This document shows positions 18,563 through 28,376 of a DNA stretch of 35,179 nt, in pieces. Source of the DNA: Dehalococcoidia bacterium. GTDB taxonomy: Bacteria; Chloroflexota; Dehalococcoidia; DSTF01; JALHUB01. The stretch lies in contig JBEKXP010000001.1 in the NCBI GenBank assembly GCA_049511815.1, forward strand, positions 1 to 35,179, read 5' to 3'. The stretch's first letter is position 1, and every line of letters begins with the position of its first letter. A program made the translations under genes and the position numbers. Under the pieces are notes generated by a model, which made no database searches, had not been told where the DNA came from, and saw nothing but the letters and a program-made list of their open reading frames with translations.

Positions 18563-18730
18563 GTTATCGTCTAACGGTCTCTGTAAATGCCAACGCAGCT
18601 CACGGACGTCTCGTTACAGCAGCGATAACAGCGAACCTGGCTCCAGCGACGGGGCATCGGCCGAAGGGATGAGATGAAGTCTATTCCTCGCGGCGGAGAG
18701 CGCCAGGACTCACATGACGCGCGCGACGGC

Positions 18731-19315
18731 ATGCGACGGCTGATCCATGTCCCCATCGCCCACACGTCCGCCGATATGGGCATCCTGGGGCAACGGCTGC
18801 CTCCGCCGGCGGAAGGGACCGCCTTCGCGGACTGGTGGTGGCAGGACGTGACGCGCCGGATCAAGCGGCTTCGGCTGGACTGGCGCGGCGCCAAAGTCTA
18901 CCAGGACGGCCTGCCCGACGTAGCCGAAGACCTGGTCGAGAAGATAGTCCGGCAGGTGGAGAGCCCGAACTACGAGCTCCTTCGCTGGCTGAAAGGGCAG
19001 GGCGCCGCCGTCCTCGGCACGGAGTCCTGGAAGCTGCTCGCGGAGGAGTACGAGAGCCTGCGCGCCATCCTCGCAGCGGCCGACGCGGGAGAGAAGAAAC
19101 GGGCAACGGAAAGCTACCGCGTTCGGGCGCCGTCGCTGCTGGAGGAGAGGGACACGTACATCACGAGGCGCATCGACGCCACGTTGGAAGGCGGAGAGAC
19201 CGGCGTACTGCTCGTAGGCATGGCGCACCAGGTAGTCCGGAGATTGCCACGGGACATCACGGTTATCCCGCTGGCAGGCCTGCGCTCAGTAATTGGAAAC
19301 GTTGAGCTCCTGTAG
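18731..19315 (+). CDS. Hypothetical protein, TraB/ChaN/TIKI-like fold
   Basis: HVPIAH, YQDG, ERDTYITRRI, LLVGMAH motif order; start could alternatively be 18674. Confidence 0.6.
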   Translation: MRRLIHVPIAHTSADMGILGQRLPPPAEGTAFADWWWQDVTRRIKRLRLDWRGAKVYQDGLPDVAEDLVEKIVRQVESPNYELLRWLKGQGAAVLGTESWKLLAEEYESLRAILAAADAGEKKRATESYRVRAPSLLEERDTYITRRIDATLEGGETGVLLVGMAHQVVRRLPRDITVIPLAGLRSVIGNVELL

Positions 19316-19951
19316 CTTCCCGGTCACAAGGTACGAGACGCGCTCGCAGACGTTGGTCACGCGGTCGGCGATGCGCTCCAGATTGTGCGCCACCCAGAGT
19401 AGGCGCGTCGCCCGCTCGATTGTGCGCGGGTCGCTCAGCATGTAGGTCAGGAGCTCGCGGTAGACCTGATCGTAGAGCGCATCGACTTCATCGTCGCGGT
19501 TCATGACGGAACGGGCCAGCTCGGCGTCGCGGTGCTTGAACGCTTCGATGGCCTCGCGGAGCATCTCACGCGCGATCACGGACATGCGCGGCAAGTCGAC
19601 GTACGGCTTCAGCGGCGGCTCGTCGGCGAGCATGACGACGATCTTGGCGATCCCTTCAGCGTGGTCGCCCATCCGCTCCAGGTCGACGATCATATGCAGC
19701 ACAGCGACGATTGTCCGCAAGTCTCCGGCCAGCGGTTGCTGCGTGGCGATGAGCTCAAGGCAGCGCTCCTCGGTGTCATACCGTTTGCGATTGATCCTGA
19801 CGTCATCCGTGATGACCAGCCGGGCGAGGTCAAGGTCGCGATTCTTCAGGGCGATGATTGAACGCTCGATAGCGGTGTCCACCATGTCCGCCATCACGAG
19901 CATGTCTTCCTGTACGCCGGCCAGGTTCTGCTCCAGTACCGTGCGGGCCAT
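19286..19951 (-). CDS. phoU: Phosphate signalling protein PhoU
   Basis: QQPLAGDLR, DLERMGDHA, DDEVDALY, LERIADRVTN. Confidence 0.96.
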   Translation of the reverse strand: MARTVLEQNLAGVQEDMLVMADMVDTAIERSIIALKNRDLDLARLVITDDVRINRKRYDTEERCLELIATQQPLAGDLRTIVAVLHMIVDLERMGDHAEGIAKIVVMLADEPPLKPYVDLPRMSVIAREMLREAIEAFKHRDAELARSVMNRDDEVDALYDQVYRELLTYMLSDPRTIERATRLLWVAHNLERIADRVTNVCERVSYLVTGKLQELNVSNY

Positions 19952-20349
19952 TATCCAACTCCTTCCACGAATTCGCGAATAAGGAGCGTAAGCGAATCGC
20001 GGACGCTTCGGAAGGCGGCTTCCGCGGCCGCCTGATCCAGTGTAGCAGCGGGATCAGGCAGGTTCCAGTGAAGGTAGCGAGGACTGCCGGGAAAAATGGG
20101 GCATGCTTCCTTCGCCTCGTCGCAGAGCGTTATCACGATGTCCGGCGGCCCTTCGATCTCGCTGACGTCCTTGGCGCGCTGCCCGCTGATGTCGATCCCG
20201 ACCTCGCGCATGACCGCGATGGCCAGCGGATTGACCTCGGTCGGCTCGCTGCCCGCGCTTTCGACCTCGAAGCGGTCGCCCGCCATCCGGCGAAGCAACG
20301 CTTCCGCCATCTGACTGCGCGACGAGTTATGGACGCAAAGAAAGAGCAC
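19951..20349 (-). CDS. arsC: Thioredoxin-dependent arsenate reductase (LMW-PTP fold)
   Basis: P-loop CVHNSSRSQMAE, LCDEAKEACP (two resolving Cys), HWNLPDP; start uncertain (GTG 20349 or further upstream); TAATG overlap with phoU. Confidence 0.82.
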   Translation of the reverse strand: MLFLCVHNSSRSQMAEALLRRMAGDRFEVESAGSEPTEVNPLAIAVMREVGIDISGQRAKDVSEIEGPPDIVITLCDEAKEACPIFPGSPRYLHWNLPDPAATLDQAAAEAAFRSVRDSLTLLIREFVEGVG

Positions 20350-20377
20350 CCGAAGAGCCGTTTTCGTCTCCCCAGCC

Positions 20378-21262
20378 TTAGCCGAACCGGCCGGTAATGT
20401 AGTCCTCGGTCCGTTTATCTCTCGGATTGGTGAAGACCTCACTCGTTGCGCTGAACTCGATCATCTCGCCGGCGCGGTCCTCTGCCATCATCATCACCGC
20501 CGTGCAATCGGCGACGCGCGCGGCCTGCTGCATGTTGTGGGTGACGATAACGATGGCGTAGGTCGCCGAGAGGTCGCGCATGAGGTCTTCGATCTTCAGC
20601 GTCGCTACCGGGTCGAGCGCGCTGCACGGCTCGTCCATCAAGATGACCTCCGGCTCGATGGCCAGAGCGCGGGCGATGCACAGCCGCTGCTGCTGGCCGC
20701 CCGACAGCTCGGTCGCGGGCCGGTTCAGCTTGTCCTTCACCTCATCCCACAGCGCGGCGCGTTTCAAGCCCCCCTCGACGATATCGGCGAGGTGGCTGCG
20801 CCGGGAGAAGAGGCTGTTGAGCCGCAGGCCGGCGGCGACGTTATCGAAGACGGACATCGTTGGGAACGGGTTCGGCTTCTGGAAGACCATGCCGACGCGG
20901 CGTCGCACGAGGACGGGGTCAGCGCCATTGCCATAGATATCGGTGGATCGGAGGTAGACGTGGCCGCTCGCGCGCGCCCTGGGAGCGACCTCGTGCATGC
21001 GGTTGAGGCAGCGAATGAGCGTCGACTTGCCGCAGCCGGACGGCCCGATCACGGCCGTCACGCGCCTGGGGCCGACGAGCAGGTTCACGTCTCGAATCGC
21101 CTGAAAGGAGCCGTACCAGGCGCTCAGGTTGCGGATGACCATGCCCTCTTCCCAGGCCTCGGACTCGGAGACCGGGCAGGCGCCGGCGCCTTCGGGCTCG
21201 TTCGTGCTGTCCGGCACTTCGATGGTCGGCGGTTTGAACTCGAACTCAGTCATCATCGCCAT
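20378..21262 (-). CDS. pstB: Phosphate ABC transporter ATPase
   Basis: [41 protein letters not shown]. Confidence 0.97.
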   Translation of the reverse strand: MAMMTEFEFKPPTIEVPDSTNEPEGAGACPVSESEAWEEGMVIRNLSAWYGSFQAIRDVNLLVGPRRVTAVIGPSGCGKSTLIRCLNRMHEVAPRARASGHVYLRSTDIYGNGADPVLVRRRVGMVFQKPNPFPTMSVFDNVAAGLRLNSLFSRRSHLADIVEGGLKRAALWDEVKDKLNRPATELSGGQQQRLCIARALAIEPEVILMDEPCSALDPVATLKIEDLMRDLSATYAIVIVTHNMQQAARVADCTAVMMMAEDRAGEMIEFSATSEVFTNPRDKRTEDYITGRFG

Positions 21263-21266
21263 TCTA

Positions 21267-22109
21267 CTACCCTCTCCGCGACAAGAGCAGCCGCGACACG
21301 AGGCTGATGCAGAAGACGACCGTCACCAGAACGAAGGCGGCCGCGAACGCCTGCTGGTGCTGCTGCTGGTACGGCCCGGTGCTGTACTGATAGATGACCA
21401 AAGGCAGCGCGGCGACGGGTTTGCCGAACAGACTGAGCGTCATGAACTGGTTGCCAAGGGCGGTGAACAACAGCGGCGCCGTCTCGCCGGCTGCGCGGGC
21501 GAGGGCAAGAAGGACGCCCGTGATAAGCCCGCGTCTGGCCGCCGGGATGACGATGCTAAGTATCGTTCGCCAGCGTGTGACGCCCAGCGCCAGCGCGGCC
21601 TCGCGCTGCGACTGCGGCACAAGCTTCAGCATCTCTTCGCTGGAGCGCGCCATTATCGGCACCATGATTATGGCCAAAGCGATGGCCGCCGCGAAGGCGG
21701 AGAAGTGGCCCATCTTTACGACAATCCAGGTGTAGGCGAGGATCCCGACGACGATCGACGGCACGCCCGTCAGCACGTCGGCGGTAAAACGGACGATTCC
21801 GGCCATTCGCGGGCCGGCCATCTCCGCCACGAAGACGCCTGCGCCGATGCCGAACGGGATTCCAATCAGCGCCGCCATGCCCAGGATCAGCAGCGAGCCG
21901 GCTATCGCGTTCGAGATGCCGCCGCCTGATTCGCCGACGGGCTTCGGCAGCTTCGTAAAGAAGTCGAGGCCGATGTAGCTGATGCCCTTCACCAGGACGA
22001 AGCCCAGGATGAGCGCCAGTATGCCGATGGCGAGGAAGGCGGACGCGGCGCAGAGCCCCAGCATGATTCTGTTCGTCCACCTTCGTTTGGCGTAGGTAAT
22101 CGCGCTCAT
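21267..22109 (-). CDS. pstA: Phosphate ABC transporter permease PstA
   Basis: [28 protein letters not shown]; start ATG 22109 overlapping the pstC stop. Confidence 0.95.
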   Translation of the reverse strand: MSAITYAKRRWTNRIMLGLCAASAFLAIGILALILGFVLVKGISYIGLDFFTKLPKPVGESGGGISNAIAGSLLILGMAALIGIPFGIGAGVFVAEMAGPRMAGIVRFTADVLTGVPSIVVGILAYTWIVVKMGHFSAFAAAIALAIIMVPIMARSSEEMLKLVPQSQREAALALGVTRWRTILSIVIPAARRGLITGVLLALARAAGETAPLLFTALGNQFMTLSLFGKPVAALPLVIYQYSTGPYQQQHQQAFAAAFVLVTVVFCISLVSRLLLSRRG

Positions 22110-23086
22110 TCCCTGATCGCCTCCGGAGAGCGAGCAATGCGCCAGACCAGCAGCCTGGCGACAACGTTCACGAGCAGGGTGATACCCAGCAGTATCAGCG
22201 CCAGCTCCATCAGCGCCGAACGGTACAGGTTGAAATTGGCGTCTCCGAACTCGGTGGCGATCTGGCTGGCAGCCGTGGCCCCGGGCGCAAATAGCGAGCC
22301 GTTGATCTGGTACACCTTGCCGATTACCATCGTCACGGCCATCGTCTCGCCGAGGGCCCGTCCCAGGCCCAGCAGGATAGCGCCGACCAGGCCCGACCGG
22401 CAGTACTGGAGCACGGCCCGGCTTATCATCTCCCATTTCGTCGCGCCGAGCGCCAGCATCGCCTCCCGCTGCGACGACGGCACCGCCAGCACCGAATCGC
22501 GGGCGATCGCGGTGATGATCGGCAGGATCATGATCGCCAGGATGACGCCCGCCGTCAGCATGCTGTAGCCGCCGAACACGCGTCCGCTAAATAGCGGCAC
22601 GAAGCCAAGATGGCTCTTGAGCGCCGTCTCGACCGGGAGGATCCGCGGCGCCAGCACGTAGATGCCCCAGACGCCAAAGACGACGCTGGGGATTGCCGCC
22701 AGGCTCTCGACGAGGAAAGACGCCGGATGTCGCAGCCAGGGCGGCGCCAGCTCCGCGAGGAAGATCGCCGCTCCCAGGCTGATCGGCACGGCGAGCAGCA
22801 CGGCGATGAGGGAACTGACGAGCGTGCCGTAGATGGCCGGCGCGGCGCCGAAGATAAGCTTCGCGCCGTCCCAGGTCGTGCTGGTAAGAAAGCCCCAGCC
22901 GAATGTCGATATGGACTGGCGCGATTCGAAGAAGAGCTGCCAGACCATCAGCGCCGCCAACAGCAGCACCGACAGCCCGAAGACGCCGACGATCAGCCGG
23001 AAGAAGACGTCGCCCAGGCGGGCGCGCCTCAACGCGCGAATGAAGTCTAATGGCGTGCTGCGCGCTTCGCCTGCGGCGGCATCCAT
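22106..23086 (-). CDS. pstC: Phosphate ABC transporter permease PstC
   Basis: GTLVSSLIA, AAIPSVVFGVWG, GRALGETMAV. Confidence 0.96.
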   Translation of the reverse strand: MDAAAGEARSTPLDFIRALRRARLGDVFFRLIVGVFGLSVLLLAALMVWQLFFESRQSISTFGWGFLTSTTWDGAKLIFGAAPAIYGTLVSSLIAVLLAVPISLGAAIFLAELAPPWLRHPASFLVESLAAIPSVVFGVWGIYVLAPRILPVETALKSHLGFVPLFSGRVFGGYSMLTAGVILAIMILPIITAIARDSVLAVPSSQREAMLALGATKWEMISRAVLQYCRSGLVGAILLGLGRALGETMAVTMVIGKVYQINGSLFAPGATAASQIATEFGDANFNLYRSALMELALILLGITLLVNVVARLLVWRIARSPEAIRE

Positions 23087-23096
23087 GCTTTCGCTC

Positions 23097-23180
23097 CTAT
23101 TGCGCCGATCGCGGCAGACGCTGCAACTGATAGCTGATGGACTTGACCTCCGCCTGGGTGCTGGTCAGGCGATGCTTCAT
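23097..23180 (-). pseudogene. 27-codon ORF at the pstS position, possibly an internally deleted pstS
   Basis: MKHRLTSTQAEVKSISYQLQRLPRSAQ*; lies between the PHO-box promoter and pstC; stop abuts the pstC RBS. Confidence 0.45.
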
Positions 23181-23201
23181 CTCTGCTGAAGCATAACGGA
23201 C

Positions 23202-23246
23202 GCAGATTAAGGCAGGCTCAACGCATGTAAACGGCACGTTAACGTT
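23202..23246 (-). promoter_or_regulatory. PHO-box-like direct repeat array upstream of the pst operon
   Basis: Minus strand GTTAACGTGCC-GTTTACATGC-GTTGAGCCTGC-CTTAATCTGC followed by -10-like TATGCT. Confidence 0.75.
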
Positions 23247-23285
23247 TCGTCAGAGGAAGCGGGCAAAAGGATTGAGGAGCGCGGG

Positions 23286-23759
23286 TCAGCCGTCTTTAGA
23301 ACAGTCCAGGCGCTCCGTCCTTGACAGGTGTCGAAGCGGAGGAAGGGCCTCTTCGCGGAGCAGAGCCGCCGCCCAGAGTCCCACACGCACCTCCGACGGA
23401 CTTGTGGCGTCGCCGAGGCTGGACAGCAGCTCGAAGACCGCCCGCCGGCGAGCTTGAAGCAGGCAATTCAGTGCCAGAGAGCGGGCTCGCTCTCGCTCAT
23501 TGCTGAGGTCAAGAATCGTTCGTCGAGCCGGAGAAATCGGAGTCGCTAGCGTGTTTCTTCGTTCTCTTGGTCCATGAGCGCGGAGGCTCGAAGGGCGGCT
23601 ACGGCCAGCGGGAGCCACCGGTCCCGTCGTTCTTTCGCCAGGTGCTTCAGCGCGAGGGCCCATCGCCAGGAAGTTCGGCTCGCCAGCATCTGGCCGGGCA
23701 CGACCATCTTGTCTGTCAGTTTCGTCCCTAGCACTCTGAACGACGTACTCATTGATCAT
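23286..23759 (-). CDS. Hypothetical protein or frameshifted remnant behind the second PHO box
   Basis: ATG 21 nt after the PHO array; low-complexity N-half and helical C-half; alternative frame 23546..23752 also looks helical. Confidence 0.35.
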   Translation of the reverse strand: MINEYVVQSARDETDRQDGRARPDAGEPNFLAMGPRAEAPGERTTGPVAPAGRSRPSSLRAHGPRERRNTLATPISPARRTILDLSNERERARSLALNCLLQARRRAVFELLSSLGDATSPSEVRVGLWAAALLREEALPPLRHLSRTERLDCSKDG

Positions 23760-23780
23760 CTCGAAATCAGCGTAATAGAG

Positions 23781-23825
23781 GCAGATTAATGCTGTCTCAA
23801 CGCAGGTAAACGGGATGTAAACGTT
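23781..23825 (-). promoter_or_regulatory. Second PHO-box-like array
   Basis: Minus strand GTTTACATCCC-GTTTACCTGC-GTTGAGACAGC-ATTAATCTGC then TACGCT; 38/45 nt identical to 23202..23246. Confidence 0.75.
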
Positions 23826-23834
23826 GTAGAGACG

Positions 23835-25589
23835 CTAAGAGGTCTGGGCGGGAAGGACCAGAGTGAAGATCGAGCCACGGCCCTCCTGGCTGCGAACGCG
23901 AACCGTGCCGCCGTGCGCCTCGACGGTGTGCTTGACGACGGCCAATCCGAGGCCGGTGCCGCGGTCGCCGCGGGCGCGGTCGACCTTGTAAAAACGTTCG
24001 AAGATGCGCGGCACCTTTTCGGTCGAAATGCCGTCACCCGTGTCTTCGACGTCGATTTCGACGAAACCGTCGATGCTCTTCGCCGACACCCGCACCGCCC
24101 CGCCCTCGGGGGTGAACTTGATGGCGTTATCGATCAGGTTGACCAGCGTTTGCTCCAACCGTTGCGCATCGCCGCTGATCGACGGCACGTCCGGCCCGAC
24201 GTTCAGCGTCAGCTCCAGCGACTTGCGGTCGGCCTGAGGGCGCATCCGCTCCACCGCCTGCGCCAGCATCCGCCCAACATCCACCGGCTCTCTAGCCAGC
24301 GGCGCCTGCCCGGACTCCAGCCGCGACAGTTCCAGTAGCTCCGTCACCATCTGCACCAGGCGGTCGACTTCGGCGTCGGCGCGCGCCAGGAAGTCCTGTG
24401 CGGCGGCCTTGTCGTCGATGGCGCCGGCCTGCAGCGTCTCGACGACCGACTTTATCGAGGCCAGCGGCGTTCGCAGCTCGTGTGAGACGTTGGCGATGAA
24501 GTCGCGGCGCGTGTCCTCGACGCGCTTCCCCTCCGTCACGTCGTGGAAGACGACCAGCGCGACCCAATCGCCGCCCCCGGCGATCGGCGCCGCGGAGACC
24601 TGAAGGAAGCGCCCCTTCGGCCGCTCGATGACCAGGCTCCGCGCTTGGCCCGTGTTCAAAGCGTCATGCAGCGCCTGGACGGCCTGCTCGTCCGGCATCG
24701 TCCACACGAACGGGTTGCCGACCGCCTCGTCCGGGCGTTTCTCCAGCAAGGGGCTGACGGCGCGGCTGGCGAAGGTGACGCGCGTTTCGGCGTCAACGGC
24801 CAGGACGGCGTCGCTGCCGCTGTCGAGGACGGCTGTGAGGCGGCTGCGCTCCTTGGAGGCGGCGTCGACGAGCCCTTCGACGCTCTGCGTCATCTGGTTG
24901 AAGGCGTCCGCCACCTCGCCGATCTCCCCTGAAGGGCGCGGTTTTACACGTCGCGTCAGGTCGCCCCTGGCGACGCCGCGAGCGGCTGCGCTCAAGGCGT
25001 TCAGCGGCCGGATGATTGTTCCGGCGATAATCAAGCTCAGGAGCGCGGCCAGCGCGGCCGTCAGCGCGATTGCGACGAGCAGCGACCGTCTGATGCTGGA
25101 TAGCGTATCGTTGATGGCGGATAGCGGTCGCGCCACGCGCACGACAGCGGCGGGACTGCCGTTGACATCTACGCGCTGAGCCACGTAGCTGAAGTTCACA
25201 CCCAGAGTCGCGCTGCTGCGCTCGTCTTTGCCCGAGCCCGACTGCATCGCCTGGAGGAATTCGAGCCGGCCGGCGTGGTTCTCCATCGTTGCCGGGTCGG
25301 CCTCGGAATCGCCGAGCACCGTGCCGTCAGGGGCGATGATGGTGACACGGGTGTCGACGCCGGCGCCCACCTGCTTGGCGAGCGCCTCGAAGCTGGATTG
25401 CGGCGCGCCGGATTCGAGGAGCGGCCGCGCCGAGTTAGCGACGATCTGCGCCTCGGAGGCGAGATACGACTCCGTATTGCTATGCATGTCGGAGTCGACT
25501 TGATGGATAACGAAGAGGCCCAGCCCAGCGAGAGCGGCGACGATCAGCAGCACATAGGCGGCTATGCGGACCCGGATGCTGGCCAGCAT
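23835..25589 (-). CDS. phoR: Phosphate regulon sensor histidine kinase (TM-HAMP-PAS-HisKA-HATPase)
   Basis: [43 protein letters not shown]; context. Confidence 0.92.
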   Translation of the reverse strand: MLASIRVRIAAYVLLIVAALAGLGLFVIHQVDSDMHSNTESYLASEAQIVANSARPLLESGAPQSSFEALAKQVGAGVDTRVTIIAPDGTVLGDSEADPATMENHAGRLEFLQAMQSGSGKDERSSATLGVNFSYVAQRVDVNGSPAAVVRVARPLSAINDTLSSIRRSLLVAIALTAALAALLSLIIAGTIIRPLNALSAAARGVARGDLTRRVKPRPSGEIGEVADAFNQMTQSVEGLVDAASKERSRLTAVLDSGSDAVLAVDAETRVTFASRAVSPLLEKRPDEAVGNPFVWTMPDEQAVQALHDALNTGQARSLVIERPKGRFLQVSAAPIAGGGDWVALVVFHDVTEGKRVEDTRRDFIANVSHELRTPLASIKSVVETLQAGAIDDKAAAQDFLARADAEVDRLVQMVTELLELSRLESGQAPLAREPVDVGRMLAQAVERMRPQADRKSLELTLNVGPDVPSISGDAQRLEQTLVNLIDNAIKFTPEGGAVRVSAKSIDGFVEIDVEDTGDGISTEKVPRIFERFYKVDRARGDRGTGLGLAVVKHTVEAHGGTVRVRSQEGRGSIFTLVLPAQTS

Positions 25590-25590
25590 G

Positions 25591-26271
25591 CTAGCCCTCA
25601 AAGCGATAGCCGGTGCCGCGGACCGTTATCAGCCGCGTCGGTTTCGCCGGCTCCTCTTCGATCTTCTGACGCAGCCAGCTCACGTGCACATCCACCGTGC
25701 GCGTCCCGCCGACGAAATCGTAGCCCCAGATCTGGTCCAGCAGTTGCTCGCGCGTGAAGGCGCGGCCGCGATTGCGCAGGAAGAAAGTCAGAAGCTCCAG
25801 CTCCTTCGGCTTGAGCGTCAGCACAGCGCCGGAGCGGGACGCCTCGCGCCGCCGGAGGTCGATCTCGATGTCGCCGCAGGAGAGGCCGTCGGCGTGGTCG
25901 GACGGGCCGGCCTCGGCGCGGCGAAGGAGCGCCTTTACACGCGCCATGAGCTCGCGCATGCTGAACGGCTTTGTCACGTAGTCGTCGGCGCCGATCTCCA
26001 GGCCGACAACGCGGTCGACCTCGTCGGTCTTGGCGGTGAGCATGAGGATGGGGACGGACATGGTGCGTCGCAGCAGGCGGCAGACTTCGAAGCCGTCGAT
26101 GACCGGCAACATGACGTCGAGGACCACCAGGTCGGGGCGCTCTTCGCGGGCGCGGCTGAGGGCGGCTTCGCCGTCGGCGGCGGTGGTGACGCTGTAGCCT
26201 TCGCGCTCGAGGTTGTACTTGACCGTCGCCACGAGCGTGGGCTCGTCGTCGACAACGAGGATTTTCTTCAC
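25591..26271 (-). CDS. phoB: OmpR-family response regulator PhoB/PhoP
   Basis: [39 protein letters not shown]; upstream of phoR. Confidence 0.9.
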   Translation of the reverse strand: MKKILVVDDEPTLVATVKYNLEREGYSVTTAADGEAALSRAREERPDLVVLDVMLPVIDGFEVCRLLRRTMSVPILMLTAKTDEVDRVVGLEIGADDYVTKPFSMRELMARVKALLRRAEAGPSDHADGLSCGDIEIDLRRREASRSGAVLTLKPKELELLTFFLRNRGRAFTREQLLDQIWGYDFVGGTRTVDVHVSWLRQKIEEEPAKPTRLITVRGTGYRFEG

Positions 26272-26295
26272 GACTTATCGTTCCAACTCAGCACT

Positions 26296-26301
26296 ATTAT
26301 A
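26296..26301 (-). promoter_or_regulatory. -10 element of the phoBR promoter
   Basis: Perfect TATAAT on the minus strand, 24 nt upstream of the GTG start. Confidence 0.6.
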
Positions 26302-26505
26302 CTTTCTTGGCCTTCTTGGCGCATTCGCAGCGCAGACATCGAAGTGAGGCAGGCAGCCCGGAGTTGCTCGGAGGCAGAGGCCCACCGCCTTCGCCCGGCT
26401 CGAGGGGATGTACAGCATCACCGTCCGGTCCGGGCGGACAGCGTCACGGTGGCGGGAGGAGCGGCAGACCTTTGCTCCCGAGTTCGCAGGCTCGTTTGTG
26501 GACAC

Positions 26506-27477
26506 TCAGGGCCCGCCGGGTCTAGAAGAAGAGCGGTCTCGGTCCAGACTTCGGTACCAGTCGCGCCAGATCAGCCGGTGTATGCGGAGCACGCGCGGCA
26601 GGCGGTTAAGAATGGGGATGAATGGGAGCAGAAGGAGTAGCAACAAGGCCGCGGCCGAAATCCCGATTGCCTCAAGGTCGGCGTTGGGCGAAGAGGATAT
26701 TGGCCGGATATGGTAGAGGAAGGCATAGGGCCACAGCCACCATGCCCCCGGGAACCGCCCCGTTTCATTGCTGACGCCCCACTGATCGCCCGTCATGTCC
26801 AGCGTGTCCGCGACGCCGGCGTCCACGTCGTCCGAGAAGAAGAGGAGCGACTTCGTGTTGTCGAGGGTGTAAGGTAGCCGATCGCCGGCGGTTAACGCAC
26901 CCTCCAACAGGCCGGCGCGTCCCAGTGCCAGCATCCCGTTCATCATCGTCGCCACCGGACCGTAGTCGCCGGCTGGAACTGTCACGACACCGGAATCCAC
27001 CGTGGCCCCATCGAGCGCGTCCAGGTAGGCGGATACCCACGCCTGCTGTTGGTCAGCGCTCGCCGCGTTGTACGTGTCCAGGGCGTTCCCAACGTCTGGC
27101 TTGAGGATAGCCACCCGCTGAAGCGGCTTCAGCACCAGGTCCTGCGAGGGATCGACGGGATTGGTCACTCCAAACCAGGTGGCAGGCGCCACACCATACA
27201 AGCTTTGTGAGTTTTCGGTGTCCGAGGTATAAGGCGGGCCGTAGTCCTGAACGCTGTGGTTGCCGGCGAGGATATTCGCACTGGTCTGGAGGTAGGCCAG
27301 CGGCTGCAGGTTGGCGACGTCCTCGCCGCGAACGGTCGGGTAGTCGGGCGAGCTGAAGACCGCAGCCAGAATCACGACCGCGACGATCGCCAGGGCGAGG
27401 ACGATGAGCCCTTCCCTGACGATGTCGTACGGCTTCGTCGGGACGCCCCGAAAGTACGCTTCCGAGCGCTTACTCAT
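26506..27477 (-). CDS. Cytochrome b-associated membrane protein (subunit IV-like termini with large extracytoplasmic insert)
   Basis: N-terminal PYDIVREG + TM; C-terminal PGAWWLWPY + TM LLLLLPFIP; overlaps the cytochrome b stop. Confidence 0.7.
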   Translation of the reverse strand: MSKRSEAYFRGVPTKPYDIVREGLIVLALAIVAVVILAAVFSSPDYPTVRGEDVANLQPLAYLQTSANILAGNHSVQDYGPPYTSDTENSQSLYGVAPATWFGVTNPVDPSQDLVLKPLQRVAILKPDVGNALDTYNAASADQQQAWVSAYLDALDGATVDSGVVTVPAGDYGPVATMMNGMLALGRAGLLEGALTAGDRLPYTLDNTKSLLFFSDDVDAGVADTLDMTGDQWGVSNETGRFPGAWWLWPYAFLYHIRPISSSPNADLEAIGISAAALLLLLLLPFIPILNRLPRVLRIHRLIWRDWYRSLDRDRSSSRPGGP

Positions 27478-28087
27478 CTGCCCTGCCATCATCGATTGGC
27501 TTCACCGGGCCATCGCTGCGGATGAAGAACAAATGGGCCCCAACTATCAGCACCAGCAGGAGCGGCAGGGCAACGACATGAAGAGTGAGGACCTGGCTCG
27601 TATTCATGGTGTTAAAGAAGGCTCCGATGCCGATGGCGTTCATCGCGTCCTTGGCCTGGACGGCTATCCACTGCGAGTCCCAGTTCGTCTGCGCCAGGAA
27701 GCCGGTAAGAGCGGTGAATATCGCCACTGCCAGCGCGAGGACGCCGAGCATCCACGTCTTCCAGCGCCCGTCCCGCCATGCCGCCATCGCGAACTTGCTC
27801 GACAGGTGCGCCACCAGGGCGAAGAAGAAGAGCTGCACGCACCAGAAGTGGAGGGAATTCACAAAACGACCGATGCCGGACCCGGGGGCCTGGCCGCCGT
27901 GGTACCATTCCGGCCCAAACAACGCCATGGTGACGCCGGTAACGACGAGCAGCCCCAGCGCCGAGAGCGTCGTCACGCCAAAGAGATAGGCGACGGAGTT
28001 GACATAGGTCGGCAGCCTGGTCGGAAGCGCATCCTCGAGAGTGAGATTGTCCGCAAGGATTTGCTGGGCAGACCGGGTTAGGTTCAT
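27470..28087 (-). CDS. Cytochrome b6-like protein (cytochrome b N-terminal domain, 4 TM)
   Basis: Heme His pairs SLHFW...VAHL and TLHVV...GAHL; W..G, LTGFL motifs. Confidence 0.88.
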   Translation of the reverse strand: MNLTRSAQQILADNLTLEDALPTRLPTYVNSVAYLFGVTTLSALGLLVVTGVTMALFGPEWYHGGQAPGSGIGRFVNSLHFWCVQLFFFALVAHLSSKFAMAAWRDGRWKTWMLGVLALAVAIFTALTGFLAQTNWDSQWIAVQAKDAMNAIGIGAFFNTMNTSQVLTLHVVALPLLLVLIVGAHLFFIRSDGPVKPIDDGRADE

Positions 28088-28114
28088 CCTTGACCCTGTC
28101 CCTGTATTGCTATT

Positions 28115-28276
28115 CTAGTCGCTGGGCTCGAAGATGCGCGGTAACCTGATCCATGCTGCGGCAACAAAGACCGCCAGCACTGCTGCCCACGCGCCTATGT
28201 TGGGAATCGCCAGGTTGAAGATTGAGAATGCGACGTGAGGCACCGCGGGAAGCAACTGGGTTGGTAGCAGGTCCAT
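28115..28276 (-). CDS. 53-aa single-pass membrane peptide, first gene of the cytochrome b operon
   Basis: GGAGG RBS 7 nt before ATG; MDLLPTQLLPAVPHVAFSIFNLAIPNIGAWAAVLAVFVAAAWIRLPRIFEPSD*; below the ORF-track cutoff. Confidence 0.75.
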   Translation of the reverse strand: MDLLPTQLLPAVPHVAFSIFNLAIPNIGAWAAVLAVFVAAAWIRLPRIFEPSD

Positions 28277-28376
28277 CGTGTCGCCTCCGCGGCTGTGTCA
28301 GCGCTAACCTCGCGATTGGCATCATCGGACGGCAACGCTCATCGCGACCCGCCGCTTCTCTCACTCTAAGGGCGGA

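Noticed and set aside
4345-19315. gvp locus as a mobile element
   Set aside because: No integrase, transposase or flanking direct repeats seen; no CRISPR array anywhere in the window
28112-28117. TAGAAT as a -10 element for cytochrome b
   Set aside because: It is the stop codon of the 53-aa ORF; a better promoter lies at 28377-28405
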